From Leucoraja erinacea (lineage: Eukaryota): DNA of 64,000 bases. Positions 62,171 to 64,000 of this stretch are shown here, piece after piece. The notes under the pieces were generated by a model that saw only the letters and a list, made by a program, of their open reading frames with translations, made no database searches and was not told the origin of the DNA. The first letter of the stretch is position 1. Each line of letters begins with the position of its first letter. The position numbers and the translations under genes were made by a program. The DNA lies in assembly GCF_028641065.1 (NCBI RefSeq), contig NC_073388.1, positions 25,606,001 to 25,670,000 of the forward strand, given 5' to 3'.

Positions 62171-62882
62171 CAATTGTAGCTTGCAGAAAGGAAGATCAGC
62201 CAGTGCCTTTCCGCGACAGGAGTATGATTGAATATTATATGCTTGAATGAGTTATTTGATTGGTCATTCCATACGAATATCTCAAAGCCCAACCTCTACC
62301 TTCAAGAATGACCAGTGCAGTAGGTGCATGGAACTTCCACTATTTGCAGATCCTTCTCATGGTTGCATACCATTCTGACTTGCAAATTTATTTCCCTATC
62401 TTCATTGTCTAGCTGTATTTTCTGGAACCTCCTATCCAACAGCATTGTGGGAGGATCTTCACCGGGACCACAGTAGTTTGAGGCAGTGCCTCACTAGTAT
62501 TGGCGGCATGATCAATACATGCTAGCCTTGATTTTAAAAAATGCCCGCTTCTCAAGAAATGAATGAATTAAACAAAACCATTTATTGTTCTATAATTTAC
62601 TGCCAACACCAAGCTGCTGACCCATATATCAAGTTCAAACTAAGTTTTTGATGGTAGATTATTAATTTGGTCCAAATGCTAGGGTGATTCTGGGGCCCCA
62701 TGTGTATAAACATTACAAAATAGTGTTGTCAAAATGCTAGTTGTCAAACCTGTCACAAACATAGTTGCTAAGGTTTTTTTTATCATTCGGAGAATATATT
62801 AAAAAATAAATATAAGCACATTTACAAAGCTGTGGCTGCACTTGAAAGTCTAGCATTTTATTCTTTGGGGTGCAACTGGTTG

Positions 62883-64000
62883 AAACATAGAAACATAGAA
62901 ATTAGGTGCAGGAGTAGGCCATTCGGCCCTTCGAGCCTGCACCGCCATTCAATATGATCATGGCTGATCATCCAACTCAGTATCCCGTACCTGCCTTCTC
63001 TCCATACCTCCTGATCCCCTTAGCCACAAGGGCTACATCTAACTCCCTCTTAAATATAGCCAATGAACTGGCCTCAACTACCCTCTGGGGCAGAGAGTTC
63101 CAGAGATTCACCACTCTCTGTGTGAAAAAAGTTCTTCTCATCTCGGTTTTAAAGGATTTCCCCCTTATCCTTAAGCTGTGACCCCTTGTCCTGGACTTCC
63201 CCAACATCGGGAACAATCTTCCTGCATCTAGCCTGTCCAACCCCTTAAGAATTTTGTAAGTTTCTATAAGATCCCCTCTCAATATTCTAAATTCTAGAGA
63301 GTATAAACCAAGTCTATCCAGTCTTTCTTCATAAGACAGTCCTGACATCCCAGGAATCAGTCTGGTGAACCGTCTCTGCACTCCCTCTATGGCAATAATG
63401 TCCTTCCTCAGATTTGGAGACCAAAACTGTACGCAATACTCCAGGTGTGGTCTCACCAAGACCCTGTACAGCTGCAGTAGAACCTCCCTGCTCCTATACT
63501 CAAATCCTTTTGCAATGAAAGCTAACATACCATTCGCTTTCTTTACTGCCTGCTGCACCTGCATGCCTACCTTCAATGACTGGTGTACCATGACACCCAG
63601 GTCTCGCTGCATCTCCCCCTTTCCCAATCGGCCACCATTTAGATAATAGTCTGCTTTCCCGTTTTTGCCACCAAAATGGATAACCTCACATTTATCCACA
63701 TTATACTGCATCTGCCAAACATTTGCCCACTCACCCAGCCTATCCAAGTCACCTTGCAGTCTCCTAGCATCCTCCTCATAGCTAACACTGCCCCCCAGCT
63801 TAGTGTCATCCGCAAACTTGGAGATATTGCCTTCAATTCCCTCATCCAGATCATTAATATATATTGTAAATAGCTGGGGTCCCAGTACTGAGCCTTGGGG
63901 TACCCCACTAGTCACTGCCTGCCATTGTGAAAAGGACCCGTTTACTCCTACTCTTTGCTTCCTGTTTGCCAGCCAGTTCTCTATCCACATCAATACTGAG
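62883..64000 (-). mobile_element. Young CR1 LINE, uninterrupted RT ORF (62977-63993), runs off window
   Basis: 338 aa without stops: GVPQGSVLGPQLF, KFADDTKLGG, VRPHLEYCVQFWSP; 3' UTR and (tttctatg)n tail. Confidence 0.96.

Overview
Eukaryotic, repeat-dense vertebrate DNA, most likely a cartilaginous fish (skate/ray; inferred from HE1-like V-SINEs and the CR1/Penelope repertoire). One host gene is recognisable: the 5' half of ZNF711 (ZFX/ZFY family) on the + strand. It has a CpG-island promoter at ~27.4-28.5 kb and five phase-consistent coding exons (44566-60365); the zinc-finger exon is not seen in this window. The rest is mostly mobile DNA: a structurally complete but frameshifted DIRS1 tyrosine-recombinase retrotransposon (ITRs, ICR and 3-bp crossover core all readable), a decayed BEL/Pao LTR element with nested insertions, CR1, Rex1/Babar, RTE and Penelope elements, and hAT and Harbinger-like MITEs. 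The most notable observations are: many 120-420 bp, mostly palindromic Penelope-end insertions with 9-17 bp TSDs, several keeping a minimal hammerhead-ribozyme core; an unexplained 107-bp inverted repeat; helically phased ZFX/ZNF711-type motifs in the gene's own promoter; and an overlapping uORF. No searches were run, so family names come from motif recognition and TE boundaries are approximate unless a TSD is quoted.
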